Position numbers and translations under genes: made by a program. A stretch of 32,000 bases of DNA from assembly GCF_002075285.3 (NCBI RefSeq), contig NZ_CP021983.2:1740001-1772000 (forward strand), written 5' to 3'. Of the stretch, positions 31,653 through 32,000 are shown piece by piece (position 1 is the stretch's first letter; every line of letters begins with the position of its first letter). The notes under the pieces are model-generated. The model searched no databases. It was not told the DNA's origin and saw only the letters and a program-made list of their open reading frames with translations. Source of the stretch: Halomicronema hongdechloris C2206. GTDB taxonomy: Bacteria; Cyanobacteriota; Cyanobacteriia; Phormidesmidales; Phormidesmidaceae.

Positions 31653-31679
31653 GGGGAGCGAGGAGCTTTCCCCCTTTTT
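31653..31679 (+). terminator. Terminator-like hairpin plus T5 on the plus strand, with no plus-strand CDS upstream after glgB
   Basis: GGGGA (31653-31657) pairs with TCCCC (31669-31673), followed by CTTTTT (31674-31679). Confidence 0.3.
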
Positions 31680-31867
31680 CCCAACCCATGATGAGAGTAA
31701 GAGCCGGGCATACACTCACCTAGACTCTAAAAATTCAAAACCCGCCATCCTGTGGGTCTTTCCCTTGCTACACATTACTTACCCAGTTTGCTCAACACGA
31801 CCCACGCTACTCCCCAGCTATCACTCCATCACCCATCCACTCTCCACTCTTCACCCTCCACTCTTCA

Positions 31868-32000
31868 CTACATATCTGCCCTCCCCATTACCCCATCACT
31901 GAGCCCTACCGGGCAGGTGACGTTGGTGCCGCCGAGGCCGCAGTAACCGCCGGGATTCTTGGCTAGATATTGCTGGTGGTAGGCTTCGGCGTAGTAGAAC
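31868..32000 (-). CDS. msrA: Peptide methionine sulfoxide reductase MsrA, C-terminal 43 aa only (gene runs off the right edge)
   Basis: My translation [43 protein letters not shown], stop at 31870-31868, matches the conserved MsrA C-terminus (FYYAE.YHQQYL.KNP.GYCG). Confidence 0.75.
   Translation of the reverse strand, partial: FYYAEAYHQQYLAKNPGGYCGLGGTNVTCPVGLSDGVMGRADM

Noticed and set aside
31285-31720. Tested the structured glgB-msrA spacer as tmRNA, RNase P RNA, SRP RNA, tRNA, a cobalamin or glutamine riboswitch, or a retron msr/msd
   Set aside because: None of the conserved cores I know are present: the tmRNA tag ORF and T-arm, the RNase P GAGGAAAGUCC box, the SRP GGAA motif, the B12 box, and the glnA GGACGGAAG motif. 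No reverse transcriptase gene is adjacent. It is kept only as an unclassified candidate.

Overview
Chromosomal segment of a beta-cyanobacterium. The evidence is at least 13 HIP1 octamers (GCGATCGC) and the phycobilisome, NDH-1 and beta-carboxysome gene content. It is mostly core genome.

Gene order:
- cpcB-cpcA-cpcC' (-)
- a valS carrying a CAAD membrane-anchor insertion (-)
- an ndhF-ndhD-cupA/B CO2-uptake NDH-1 module (-)
- a 1.17 kb spacer, then divergently the carboxysome operon ccmK2-ccmK1-ccmL-ccmM-ccmN-ccmO (+)
- miaA (-), gyrB (+), ho1 (+), ktrB-like (-), a gamma-tocopherol methyltransferase-like gene (+), a DCC-family gene (+), rsmB (-), clpP (+)
- a low-coding-density stretch with orphan ORFs and a sulfotransferase-like gene
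- glgB (+), a highly structured 0.6 kb convergent spacer, and the 3' end of msrA (-)

I found no rRNA, tRNA, CRISPR array, transposase or integrase, and no recognisable defence or novel multi-gene system.

Most notable observations:
1. ccmN is split between two frames at a G6 run, and its encapsulation peptide lies in the -1 frame.
2. The methyltransferase has an 81-nt segment that reads better out of frame, flanked by slippage-prone indel sites (a compensated double frameshift).
3. ValRS carries a CAAD insertion.
4. CcmM has four SSUL modules, the first two nearly identical at DNA level.
5. The glgB-msrA spacer holds several perfect stems, 48-nt direct repeats and a terminator-like hairpin, so it is a candidate sRNA or structured element.

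All homology calls come from reading the translations and from memory of family sequences. No searches were run.
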